Shown: positions 39,018 through 48,474 of the stretch, in pieces
Numbering within the stretch: position 1 is the stretch's first letter
Layout: every line of letters begins with the position of its first letter
Assembly: GCA_965204735.1 (NCBI GenBank)
Contig: OZ242008.1
Location: forward strand, 928,001 to 992,000
Direction of reading: 5' to 3'
Origin: Longimicrobiales bacterium
GTDB lineage: Bacteria > Gemmatimonadota > Gemmatimonadetes > Longimicrobiales > Gaopeijiaceae
Length of the DNA stretch: 64,000 nucleotides
The notes under the pieces: model-generated
The model's database searches: none
Told to the model about the DNA's origin: nothing
Seen by the model: the letters and a program-made list of their open reading frames with translations, nothing else
Program-made: the position numbers and the translations under genes

Positions 39018-39563
39018 ATGGACCCCTCACCTCCAAATCGCGAGGCTCCACCCAACAGCGCTCGCCCTGGGCCGGGCTCGGCCCGTGCGGTCCGCCCGGT
39101 CATCCTCTTCGACGGCGTGTGCAACCTGTGCAACGCCATGGTCCGATGGGTCGTGGAGCACGACGTCCACGGCCACTTCCGCTTCGCTCCTCTTCAGTCC
39201 AAGGAGGCGCGTCGGCTCTTGAGTGCCGCCGGTGCGGACATGGGCTGCGCGGACGCGGGCGCCGGAGACGCCGCCCCCCGGGGCGCCAAGCCCGACAGCG
39301 GCGCGACGCCCCCGGGCAGCAACGACACCGTGGCGCTGGTGGACCAGGACGGAGTTCACCTGCGGTCTGCCGCGGCGATCCGCGTGGCCAAGCGCTTGGA
39401 CTTTCCGTGGTCGCTGCTGGGGTGGCTGTCCGCCGCGCCGCGCCCCCTCCGCGACGCCGCCTACGACTTCGTGGCCAGGAACCGCTACCGCTGGTTCGGG
39501 CGAAGAGCGACTTGCCCGGTGCCCGGTCCCGGCTTGGCCGAGCGGTTTCTGGACTCGGAGTAA
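39018..39563 (+). CDS. DCC family (DUF393) thiol-disulfide oxidoreductase
   Basis: 'ILFDGVCNLC', 'FAPLQS', 'YDFVARNRYRWFG'. Confidence 0.9.
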   Translation: MDPSPPNREAPPNSARPGPGSARAVRPVILFDGVCNLCNAMVRWVVEHDVHGHFRFAPLQSKEARRLLSAAGADMGCADAGAGDAAPRGAKPDSGATPPGSNDTVALVDQDGVHLRSAAAIRVAKRLDFPWSLLGWLSAAPRPLRDAAYDFVARNRYRWFGRRATCPVPGPGLAERFLDSE

Positions 39564-39589
39564 GTGTTTCGTCCGCCGCCGGCCGCGTG

Positions 39590-41418
39590 TCATTGGCCCT
39601 CCCTCGGGTGCTTGACCCAGTCGTTCAGCAAGTAGATCGCCCCTCCGTCGAAGGCGGCGACCAGCTCGTGGTCGGGCGGATGCGCTTCCACGAGCTCCCT
39701 GGCGAACGTCCGCGCAGTGTCGGCGGGGCTCCTCAGGTAGAGCACGAAGAGGCGCCCGCCGTCGGCCTTCCCGGCGCTCGCCGGCCCCAGCCAAGGTTCG
39801 GAGGTCGACGTCTCCGGCGCCACTCGGTGCACCGACCAACGGCCTTCGGACGTCCCCAGGGGGAAGTAGAAGCCTGCGTCGTTGTCGATCCGGCCGAAGT
39901 GCTTCATGTGGAGCACCGCGAAGTTCGCCAGCCAGTTGATCGTGGTGAAGTAGTCGCCGGATTCCATCCGGCCCGCTGTTGCCGCCGCCATGGCCGGCAA
40001 GCGCCACGCCGGGCCAGGCGGCTTGATGTACGTCCCGGGCTGCGCCGACCAAAGGGCGAGGGCGCCGGCAACCAGCACGGTCGCAGTCCATACAGCCGCG
40101 CTCCGGCCGGGTCCCGCAGCGACCCTTGGCCAACGGATTCCCATCCGGGCGACGGCCTGCTCCAAGGCGAACGCCGCACCGACGCCTGCTGCGAGCATGA
40201 GCGGCGGCACCATCCACAACACCAAGCGAGGTGTCGGCTCGAACGGCTTTGCCGTCAGCACCAAGCCCGCGACGGCTCCTGTCGCCAGCAGCAGCGTTCC
40301 CACTCTCGGCCTCGAGCCCCGGCCCGAAACCACGGCGCCGACGCAGACCAGCGCCGCCAGGACGCCGTTTGCCCAGCTCGGATGCTTGAAGTGCCAAGCG
40401 TGCCAAATCTCGAACGGATGCCAAAGCAGCGAATCATAGGCCCGGTATCCTCTGACTCTGGCTTGGCTCAGGGTTTCGAGCAAGCCCCGGATGCCCTCGG
40501 CGGCGATGATTGGTCCGTACAGGACTCCGGCGCCGGCGAGAGCCACGGCCGACCAAGCCGCCGTCTTGACGGCAAAGGGTCCCGCTGCTGCGCGCCCGCC
40601 CTCGCGCCAACGCACCAGCAGCATCCAGACCAGGGTCGTCGCAGCAGGAAACACCATCAATGGCATGGTGAAGAGGCCGAGGGCGATCGCCCCGGCCCAC
40701 GCCGCCCACAGCGCCCTGTTGTCCGGCTTCCGTACCAGGGACCGTCCGCACAGCAGCGCTGCCGTGAAGAAGAGGAGGAGGAGCGTGTGTCCCCTTGCGT
40801 GGGTGGCGTACTCCACGACAAGGGGCGACATGCCCGTGAAGACGGTGGCGAACACGGCTGCCGTCGGTCCGTACTCTTGCCGCGCGAACCACCACAGCAC
40901 GGGGAGGAAGAGACAGAACGAAAGAAACGCGGGCTGTCGAAGCACAGCCAAGCTCCACCCGCCAAAGTGACGCGCCGCCGAGACCAAGAGCGTGTGCAGC
41001 ACGTGGTTGTTCGTATCGTCGTACGTGGTGGCGATCGCCGCGAGCGGTGCGCTGCCGTAAGTGACGAGCGCCTCCTGCTCGTCGTAGGTGATGGGGCTGC
41101 CATCGAGTCTGGCGGCGGCCAAGCCCACGGCGGCCAAGACGACGACCGCTGCCAACAAGGTTTCGGTCGGGTGCGCGGCCGTGGAGGGGGACGAGGCGCG
41201 CGCCCTGCCGACGATCCAGCAACAGAGCAGCGTAGCTGCAAACCACGCCGCCGACGTTGCCACGTCTCCGATTCGGTAGTCCGCGGTCCACAGCCATGCC
41301 GCGTAGAAACCGGCGGCCGTGAGGGCGCTCCCGCTGACCGCCGCTGGCACGCCCCATCGCTGGAGCGTTGACAGCCCGGATTTTTCACAAGAGGGGGGGG
41401 GGGGGGGGGGGTAGGCAT
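39590..41418 (-). pseudogene. GT-C (family 39/ArnT/PMT-like) membrane glycosyltransferase, copy 1; out of frame at a C19 tract (putative phase-OFF allele)
   Basis: The body is intact and nearly identical to copy 3 ('PITYDE', 'NNHVLHTLL', 'EYATHARG'). The ATG at 41418 is separated from the body frame by G19 at 41393-41411. Confidence 0.7.
41393..41411. repeat. Homopolymer G19 (poly-C on the coding strand) at codon 3 onward of GT-C copy 1
   Basis: Counted directly. Confidence 0.9.
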
Positions 41419-41454
41419 TGGCATCTCCAAGTCGTTCATATTTTAACTTAACCC

Positions 41455-41552
41455 GGGCCACGTCAGCCGAAGGTAGACTTCGACAGAAGCGACCGCCGCG
41501 CAGGAGGCTGCCACGAACGCCAGCGTGTTCCAGAGCGCGATGCGCGCCACGG
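41455..41552 (-). pseudogene. Stranded 5' fragment of an SGNH-array gene
   Basis: Translates 'VARIALWNTLAFVAASCAAVASVEVYLRLTWP', matching the N-terminal anchor of the paralogues at 45.5-57.4 kb, then stops. Confidence 0.8.
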
Positions 41553-41573
41553 GGAGCACGCACGATTGACGTG

Positions 41574-43403
41574 TCATTGACCCTCCCTCGGGTGCTTGAT
41601 CCAGTCGTTCAGCAAGTAGATCGTCCCTCCGTCAAAGGCGGCGACCAGCTCGTGATCGGGCGGATGCGCTTCCACAAGTTCCCTGGCGAACGTCCGCGCA
41701 GTGTCGGTGGGGCTCCTCGGGTAGAGCACGAAGAGGCGCCCGCCGTCAGCCTTCCCGGCGCTCGCCGGCCTCCGCCAAGGTTCGGAGGTCGGCGTCTCCG
41801 GCGCCACTCGGTGAACCGACCAACGGCCTTCGGACGTCCCCAGAGGGAAGTAGAAGCCTGCGTCGTTGTCGATCTCGCCGAAGTGCTTCAGGTGGAGCAC
41901 CGCAAAGTTTGCCAGCCAGCTGATCGTGGTGAAGTAGTCGCCCGACTCCATCCGGCCCGCTGTTGCCGCCGCCATGGCCGGCAAGCGCCACGCCGGGGCG
42001 GGCGGCGTCATGTACAAGCCGGGCTGCGCCGACCAAAGGGCGAGGGCGCCGGCAACCAGCACGGTCGCAGTCCATACAGCCGCGCTCCGGCCGGGTCCCG
42101 CAGCGACCCTTGGCCAACGGATTCCCACCCGGGCAACGGCCTGCTCCAAGGCGAACGCCGTACCGACGCCTGCTGCGAGCATGAGCGGCGGCACCATCCA
42201 CAACACCAAGCGAGGTGTCGGCTCGAACGGCTGGGCCGTCAGCAGCAAGCCCGTGACGGCTCCTGCCGCCAGCAGCAGCGTTCCCACTCTCGGCCTCGAG
42301 CCCCGGCCAGAAACCACGGCGCCGACGCAGACCAGCGCTGCCAGGACGCCCTTTGCCCAGCTCGGATGCTTGAAGTGCCAAGCGTGCCAAATCTCGAACG
42401 GATGCCAAAGCAGCGAATCATAGGCCCCGTATCCTCTGACTCCTCTGGCTTGGTTCATGGTTTCGAGCAAGCCCGAAATGCCCTCGGCGGTGATGATTGG
42501 TCCGTATAGGACTCCGGCGCCGGCGAGAGCCGCGGCCGACCAAGCCGCCGTCTTGACGGCAAAGGGTCCCACCGCTGTGCGCCCGCCCTCGCGCCAACGC
42601 ACCAAGAGCATCCAGACGACGGTCGTCGCTGCGGGAAATCCCATCAACGGCATGGTGAAGAGGCCAAGGGCGATCGCCCCAGCCCACACCGCCCACAGGA
42701 GCCTGTCGTCCGGCTTCCGTACCAGGGACCGTCCGCACAACAGCGCTGCCGTGAAGAAGAGGAGGACCAGCGTGTATCCCCTGGCGTGGGTGGCGTACTC
42801 CACGACAAGGGGCGACATGCCCGTGAAGGCGGTGGCGAACACGGCTGCCGTCGGTCCGTACTCTTGCCGCGCGAACCACCACAGCGCGGGGAGAAAGAGA
42901 CAAAACGAAAGAAACGCGGGCTGTCGAAGCACGACCAAGCTCCACCCGCCAAAGTGATGCGCCGCCGAGACCAAGAGCGTGTGCAGCACATGGTTGTTCG
43001 GATCGTCGTACGTGGTGGCGATCTTCGCGAGCGGTGCGCTACCGTAAGTGACGAACGCCTTCTGCTCGTCGTAGGTGATGGGGCTGTCATCAAGTCTGGC
43101 GGCGGCCAAGCCCACGGCCGCCAAGACGACGACCGCTGCCAGCAGGGTCTCGGTCGGGTGCGCGGCCGTCGTGGAGGACGAGGCGCGCGCCTTGCCGACG
43201 ATCCAGCAACAGAGCAGCGTAGCTGCAAACCACGCCGCCGACGTTGCCACGTCTCCGATTCGGTAGTCCGCGGTCCACAGCCATGCCGCGTAGAAACCGG
43301 CGGCCGTGAGGGCGCTCCCGATGACCGCCGCTGGCACGCCCCACCGCTGGAGCGTTGACAGCCCGGATTTTCGCGTGCGCGTGCGGGGAGGGGTAGTAGG
43401 CAT
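41574..43403 (-). CDS. GT-C membrane glycosyltransferase, copy 2
   Basis: Polytopic; 'PITYDEQ', 'DPNNHVLHTLL', 'HARGY'. GGAG RBS before ATG 43403; no long homopolymer. Confidence 0.75.
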   Translation of the reverse strand: MPTTPPRTRTRKSGLSTLQRWGVPAAVIGSALTAAGFYAAWLWTADYRIGDVATSAAWFAATLLCCWIVGKARASSSTTAAHPTETLLAAVVVLAAVGLAAARLDDSPITYDEQKAFVTYGSAPLAKIATTYDDPNNHVLHTLLVSAAHHFGGWSLVVLRQPAFLSFCLFLPALWWFARQEYGPTAAVFATAFTGMSPLVVEYATHARGYTLVLLFFTAALLCGRSLVRKPDDRLLWAVWAGAIALGLFTMPLMGFPAATTVVWMLLVRWREGGRTAVGPFAVKTAAWSAAALAGAGVLYGPIITAEGISGLLETMNQARGVRGYGAYDSLLWHPFEIWHAWHFKHPSWAKGVLAALVCVGAVVSGRGSRPRVGTLLLAAGAVTGLLLTAQPFEPTPRLVLWMVPPLMLAAGVGTAFALEQAVARVGIRWPRVAAGPGRSAAVWTATVLVAGALALWSAQPGLYMTPPAPAWRLPAMAAATAGRMESGDYFTTISWLANFAVLHLKHFGEIDNDAGFYFPLGTSEGRWSVHRVAPETPTSEPWRRPASAGKADGGRLFVLYPRSPTDTARTFARELVEAHPPDHELVAAFDGGTIYLLNDWIKHPREGQ

Positions 43404-43500
43404 TATTAGCCTCTCCAAGTCGTTTCATCCCGCCTGGTTCATGAAGCGGTCTCGTTCGGGTCTGGGAGTGGGAAGGACGTCCGAATGATGACGTGTCATG

Positions 43501-45330
43501 TCATTGGCCCTCCCTCGGGTGCTTGACCCAGTCGTTCAGCAAGTAGATCGCCCCTCCGTCGAAGGCGGCGACCAGCTCGTGGTCGGGCGGATGCGCTTCC
43601 ACGAGTTCCCTGGCGAACGTCCGCGCAGTGTCGGCGGGGCTCCTCAGGTAGAGCACGAAGAGGCGCCCGCCGTCGGCCTTCCCGGCGCTCGCCGGCCCCC
43701 GCCAACGTTCGGAGGTCGGCGTCTCCGGCACCGCCGCTCGGTGCACCGACCAGCGGCCTTCGGACGTCCCCAGGGGGAAGTAGAAGCCTGCGTCGTTGTC
43801 GATCCGGCCGAAGTGCTTCATGTGGAGCACCGCGAAGTTCGCCAGCCAGTTGATCGTGGTGAAGTAGTCGCCCGACTCCATCCGGCCCGTTGTTGCCGCC
43901 GCCATGGCCGGCAAGCGCCACGCCGGGCCAGGCGGCTTGATGTACGTGCCGGGCTGCGCCGACCAAAGGGCGAGGGCGCCGGCAACCAGCACGGTCGCAG
44001 TCCATACAGCCGCGCTCCGGCCGGGTCCCGCAGCGACCCTTGGCCAACGGATTCCCACCCGGGCGACGGCCTGCTCCAAGGCGAACGCCGTACCGACGCC
44101 TGCCGCGAGCATGAGCGGCGGCACCATCCACAACACCAAGCGAGGTGTCGGCTCGAACGGCTGGGCCGTCAGCAACAAGCCCGTGACGGCTCCTGCCGCC
44201 AGCAGCAGCGTTCCCACTCTCGGCCTCGAGCCCCGGCCCGAAACCACGGCGCCGACGCAGACCAGCGCCGCCAGGACGCCCTTTGCCCAGCTCGGATGCT
44301 TGAAGTGCCAAGCGTGCCAAATCTCGAACGGATGCCAAAGCAGCGAATCATAGGCCCGGTATCCTCTGACTCCTCTGGCTTGGCTCAGGGTTTCGAGCAA
44401 GCCCCGGATGCCCTCGGCGGCGATGATTGGTCCGTATAGGACTCCGGCGCCGGCGAGAGCCACGGCCGACCAAGCCGCCGTCTTGACGGCAAAGGGTCCC
44501 ACCGCTGCGCGCCCGCCCTCGCGCCAACGCACCAGCAGCATCCAGACCAGGGTCGTCGCAGCGGGAAACACCATCAATGGCATGGTGAAGAGGCCAAGGG
44601 CGATCGCGCCGGCCCACGCCGCCCACAGCGCCCTGTTGTCCGGCTTCCGTACCAGGGACCGTCCGCACAGCAGCGCTGCCGTGAAGAAGAGGAGGAGGAG
44701 CGTGTGTCCCCTTGCGTGGGTGGCGTACTCCACGACAAGGGGCGACATGCCCGTGAAGGCGGTGGCGAACACGGCTGCCGTAGGTCCGTACTCCTGCCGC
44801 GCGAACCACCACAGCGCGGGGAGGAAGAGACAGAACGAAAGGAACGCGGGCTGTCGAAGCACGACCAAGCTCCACCCGCCAAAGTGACGCGCCGCCGAGA
44901 CCAAGAGCGTGTGCAGCACATGGTTGTTCGTATCGTCGTACGTGGTGGCGATCGCCGCGAGCGGTGCGCTGCCGTAAGTGACGAGCGCCTCCTGCTCGTC
45001 GTAGGTGATGGGGCTGCCATCGAGTCTGGCGGCGGCCAAGCCCACGGCGGCCAAGACGACGACCGTTGCCAACAAGGTTTCGGTCGGGTGCGCGGCCGTG
45101 GTGGGGGACCAGGCGCGCGCCCTGCCGACGATCCAGCAACAGAGCAGCGTAGCTGCAAACCACGCCGCCGACGTTGCCACGTCTCCAACTCGGTAGTCCG
45201 CGGTCCACAGCCATGCCGCGTAGAAACCGGCGGCCGTGAGGGCGCTCCCGCTAACCGCCGCTGGCACGCCCCATCGCTGGAGCGTTGACAGCCCGGATTT
45301 TTCACAAGAGGGGGGGGGGGGGGTAGGCAT
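43501..45330 (-). CDS. GT-C membrane glycosyltransferase, copy 3 (in frame through a C14 tract; putative phase-ON allele)
   Basis: Same motifs as copies 1 and 2. ATG 45330 (or 45351) reads MPTPPPPSCEK through G14 at 45310-45323. Confidence 0.75.
   Translation of the reverse strand: MPTPPPPSCEKSGLSTLQRWGVPAAVSGSALTAAGFYAAWLWTADYRVGDVATSAAWFAATLLCCWIVGRARAWSPTTAAHPTETLLATVVVLAAVGLAAARLDGSPITYDEQEALVTYGSAPLAAIATTYDDTNNHVLHTLLVSAARHFGGWSLVVLRQPAFLSFCLFLPALWWFARQEYGPTAAVFATAFTGMSPLVVEYATHARGHTLLLLFFTAALLCGRSLVRKPDNRALWAAWAGAIALGLFTMPLMVFPAATTLVWMLLVRWREGGRAAVGPFAVKTAAWSAVALAGAGVLYGPIIAAEGIRGLLETLSQARGVRGYRAYDSLLWHPFEIWHAWHFKHPSWAKGVLAALVCVGAVVSGRGSRPRVGTLLLAAGAVTGLLLTAQPFEPTPRLVLWMVPPLMLAAGVGTAFALEQAVARVGIRWPRVAAGPGRSAAVWTATVLVAGALALWSAQPGTYIKPPGPAWRLPAMAAATTGRMESGDYFTTINWLANFAVLHMKHFGRIDNDAGFYFPLGTSEGRWSVHRAAVPETPTSERWRGPASAGKADGGRLFVLYLRSPADTARTFARELVEAHPPDHELVAAFDGGAIYLLNDWVKHPREGQ
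45310..45323. repeat. Homopolymer G14 at the 5' end of GT-C copy 3
   Basis: Counted directly. Confidence 0.9.
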
Positions 45331-45547
45331 TGGCATCTCCAAGTCGTTCATTCACAACTCAACCCGCCTTGTCCATGAAGTGGTCGTGCGGACGGGAGGA
45401 GCGCACTTGATACGCACGGGGGCGTCGGAGCGAGGGCGGCGGTCTCAAGGTCCCGTGCGGATGCCGCGGCCCGCCGCAAGACCCCCGACCGGCGTCCACT
45501 TGTGGGACGGCCTCGCCGCTGCTGTCGCGGCCGAGGGCAGCGGGCCC

Positions 45548-47245
45548 TCACCGCCTCTCGCAGACCGACGGGTGGGCGGCCAGCCAATCGAGAAGCGCCT
45601 CGGCGGCCCACTGGTGGCCCTGCGGGCTCCAGTGCGCGTCGTTCAGCCAGTAAGCATCGCGTGGGTTTCCGCCGCGGGCCAGAATGTGGTCCATCTGGTC
45701 GATCGCGGGAATGTCTCGTTCGACCGCCAACCGCTTCATGGTGTTGATCATCGACTGGGTTTGCGGACTTCTGGTCGCGACCCACCCCGACAAGACAATC
45801 AGCGAGCTTCCCGCCTCCTGCGTGTTCTTCTTCCATTCGTCCAACGCGAAGGCCGTGAACGTCTGGTCACGTGGTCTCCACGGCCACGGCTCCGGACGAG
45901 CCAGGAACGGAAGAGCCATCGACAGATTCACGCGCCAGATCGGAAGCCGCCATCGGCCCCACGTTCCAGCATACGGGCGGAGCGCAGCGGGCACGAATCC
46001 CCAAGAGCGGGGAGGGGGGGGGGGGCGGAGCGGAGACGCGCCGGGCGTCGTCAACTCCAGTCTGCCGTCTTGGCCCACGCGCACATGGGCGAAGGGAACG
46101 CCACGCATGGGACTCCTCCCGTTGTCGTCGAAGTCGTTGGGCACGAAGACAAGCACCACCAGCTTCGGCGGGCGGTGGCTGATCCACTCTTCCCACCAGG
46201 GGAGCTGGGCGACCTGCCCCGTGCCGCGGAAGCCGTAGGCGGACACGGTGACGTCCCATCCGGGCAAGCGCTCCGCCGCCATCCGTTCCAGGCGGACTTG
46301 AAGCTTGTCGGACAACTGGACATGGCGCGCCTCGACGTAGGAGTCGCCGACGATCGCCACGTGGCAGCTGGCGGCGGCGCGCTCCGGGCTGAGCGGTTCC
46401 CGGTCCAGGAAGCCAATGCTGTTGGCGCGCGAGACCGTCCAGAAGTCGAGGGTGTTCGTCGAACGGACTTCCGAATGGGGCTTGAACCGGACGCCGACGC
46501 CCGGCACAAGCTCGGCAACATGCGTGGAGCTTCGAAAGGGCCACGTCAGCCGAAGGTAGAGTTCGGCGGAGCCGACCACCGCGCAGGAGACTGCCGCGAA
46601 CGCCAGCGTGTTCCACAGTGCGAGGCGCGCCACGGCGGAGCCGCGGAGCCGGGAGAACGCCCTCGTCCGTCGCAGACCGCCGGGTTTGCGGCCGCGCTCC
46701 ATGCGGCCGCGCTCCGGCCGGGCCCCGCAGCGACCCTTGGCCAACGAATTCCCGCCCGGGCAACGGCCTGCTCCAAGGCGAACGCCGCACCGACGCCTGC
46801 CGCGAGCACGAGCGGCGGCACCATCCACAACGCCAAGCGAGGCGTCGGCACGAACGGCTCTGGCGCGAGCAGCAAGCCCGTGGCCACTCCTGCAGCCAAC
46901 AGCAGCGTCCCCACTCCTGGCCTCGAGCCCGTACGTGACGAGCGTCCGCTGCTCGTCGTAGGTGATGGGACCGTTCAGTCTCGCGGCGGCCAAGACCACG
47001 GCCGCCAAGACGACGACCGTCGCCAGCGCGGCCTCGGTCGGGCGCGTGGGCGTCATGGGGGGCGAGGCGCGCGCCTTGCCGACGATCCAGCAGGAGAGCA
47101 GCGCGGCCGCAAACCACGCCGCCGAGATCGACATGTCTCCAAGTCGGTCGTCCGCGATCCACAGCCCAGCCGCGAAGAGACTGGCGGCCGCAAGGGCGCC
47201 CCCGCCGGCCGCTGCCGGCGCGCCCCAGCGCCAGAACCAGCCCAT
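45548..47245 (-). CDS. Chimeric ORF: internally deleted GT-C N-terminus fused to a complete SGNH/GDSL-family domain
   Basis: 'MGWFWRWGAP..PITYDEQRTLVTYG' (GT-C start), then an out-of-frame GT-C fragment, then SGNH 'VGDSYVEA...DAHWSPQGHQWAA'. Contains G12 at 46014-46025. Confidence 0.65.
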   Translation of the reverse strand: MGWFWRWGAPAAAGGGALAAASLFAAGLWIADDRLGDMSISAAWFAAALLSCWIVGKARASPPMTPTRPTEAALATVVVLAAVVLAAARLNGPITYDEQRTLVTYGLEARSGDAAVGCRSGHGLAARARAVRADASLGVVDGAAARARGRRRCGVRLGAGRCPGGNSLAKGRCGARPERGRMERGRKPGGLRRTRAFSRLRGSAVARLALWNTLAFAAVSCAVVGSAELYLRLTWPFRSSTHVAELVPGVGVRFKPHSEVRSTNTLDFWTVSRANSIGFLDREPLSPERAAASCHVAIVGDSYVEARHVQLSDKLQVRLERMAAERLPGWDVTVSAYGFRGTGQVAQLPWWEEWISHRPPKLVVLVFVPNDFDDNGRSPMRGVPFAHVRVGQDGRLELTTPGASPLRPPPPPRSWGFVPAALRPYAGTWGRWRLPIWRVNLSMALPFLARPEPWPWRPRDQTFTAFALDEWKKNTQEAGSSLIVLSGWVATRSPQTQSMINTMKRLAVERDIPAIDQMDHILARGGNPRDAYWLNDAHWSPQGHQWAAEALLDWLAAHPSVCERR

Positions 47246-47265
47246 GCCCGACTGCCCTGGGGGCG

Positions 47266-48246
47266 TCAATAATAGACGTCCAAGTCGGAGGCCGACGCCA
47301 GCGGACCAGAGTAGCCGGCGGCTCTGATCTCGCGGATCAGGTCGTCGTCGGCGGCGCCCCAGTACAGCTGATGGTACAGGACCAGAATGCCGGGCCGAGC
47401 CCGGTTGGCCAGCTCCGCGAGCTCCACGGTCGAAGTGTGGGAGTCGGCGTGGTACGCCTGCCATTCGGGCTCGCGACGCTGGAACGCTTCCGCCGAGTAG
47501 ACCTCGTGGACAAGCATGTCGCAGCCGTTGCAGGCGGCCGCCAGCGATTCGCTGGGTCGAGCGTCGCCGGACACCACGATCGTCCGGGCCGACGTCTCGA
47601 ACTTGTAGCCCAGGGCATGGGGCCAGGAGCCGTGAAGGACGGGGACGGCGGCGACCTTGACGTGCTCGTCCTCGTAGACCGGCCCGCCGGTCGTCTCGAC
47701 GACGGGGGCCTTGTAGGCGTCCGCGTTGGCGTCTCGGGGCTCCAGCCCAAAGAGCCGCATGTGGATGTCCTCCTGCCAAGCCGCCAGCACGTGCTCCACC
47801 ATGGAAGCGGTTCCGGGGGGACCGAACACCCGAATGGGGGCGGGCCGGTCGAGGACCCACGGCGCCAGGATCAGGTCCGGCAACCCTGTGGTGTGGTCGG
47901 AGTGCAGGTGGGTGAGGAAGACGCGGTCCAGGTTGGCCGGGTCGAGGGCGGCGATCTCCAGGTCCCGGGCGGCGGTTGCGGCCCGCCGCACGACCCCCGG
48001 GCCGGCGTCCACCAAGTAGGCCCGTCCGCCTGCGACGACGGCGACGGCCGGGCCGGACCGCTCCGGGTCGGCGTTGGGCGTGCCTGTGCCGAGAATCACC
48101 ACCCGGGCAGGAACGGCTTGCTCGCCCGAGGCCACGTGCTGACCGGCCTGCGCCGGCCGAGCGTCGCCGGCCAAGCCGCACGCCAAGCCGACGGCGACAA
48201 CGGCCCGCCCAGCCGACCGGAAACGGATTCTTCTCGTCGTGGTCAT
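47266..48246 (-). CDS. MBL-fold metallohydrolase (RNase Z/arylsulfatase-like), probably exported
   Basis: 'LGTGTP', 'VDAGPG', 'THLHSDH', 'SGDA', 'LVHE', 'SHT'; signal-like N-terminus. Confidence 0.88.
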   Translation of the reverse strand: MTTTRRIRFRSAGRAVVAVGLACGLAGDARPAQAGQHVASGEQAVPARVVILGTGTPNADPERSGPAVAVVAGGRAYLVDAGPGVVRRAATAARDLEIAALDPANLDRVFLTHLHSDHTTGLPDLILAPWVLDRPAPIRVFGPPGTASMVEHVLAAWQEDIHMRLFGLEPRDANADAYKAPVVETTGGPVYEDEHVKVAAVPVLHGSWPHALGYKFETSARTIVVSGDARPSESLAAACNGCDMLVHEVYSAEAFQRREPEWQAYHADSHTSTVELAELANRARPGILVLYHQLYWGAADDDLIREIRAAGYSGPLASASDLDVYY

Positions 48247-48354
48247 GGAGATTCGCGCCAACATCGCTCCGGCGCCGGTTGCTCCGCAAGCCTTGGGAGG
48301 CGAACGTAGCAACCCGCCTTGGACGAATTCCTTCACTCGCCAAAGGGAACCACC

Positions 48355-48474
48355 ATGCAGAACGACTTCTACGACGGCTGGGGCGCCAACTACATGATGC
48401 GGGTCGCCCACACGCGCAATTCCAGCGGCCGCTTCTGCGAGACCCAGGACGTCGCCGACGAGAAAGGCTCGTGA
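48355..48474 (+). CDS. Putative 39-aa small ORF coupled to the rhomboid gene
   Basis: AAAGGGA then ATG; MQNDFYDGWGANYMMRVAHTRNSSGRFCETQDVADEKGS*; mostly G/C third positions; the TGA overlaps the next GTG (GTGA). Confidence 0.4.
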   Translation: MQNDFYDGWGANYMMRVAHTRNSSGRFCETQDVADEKGS

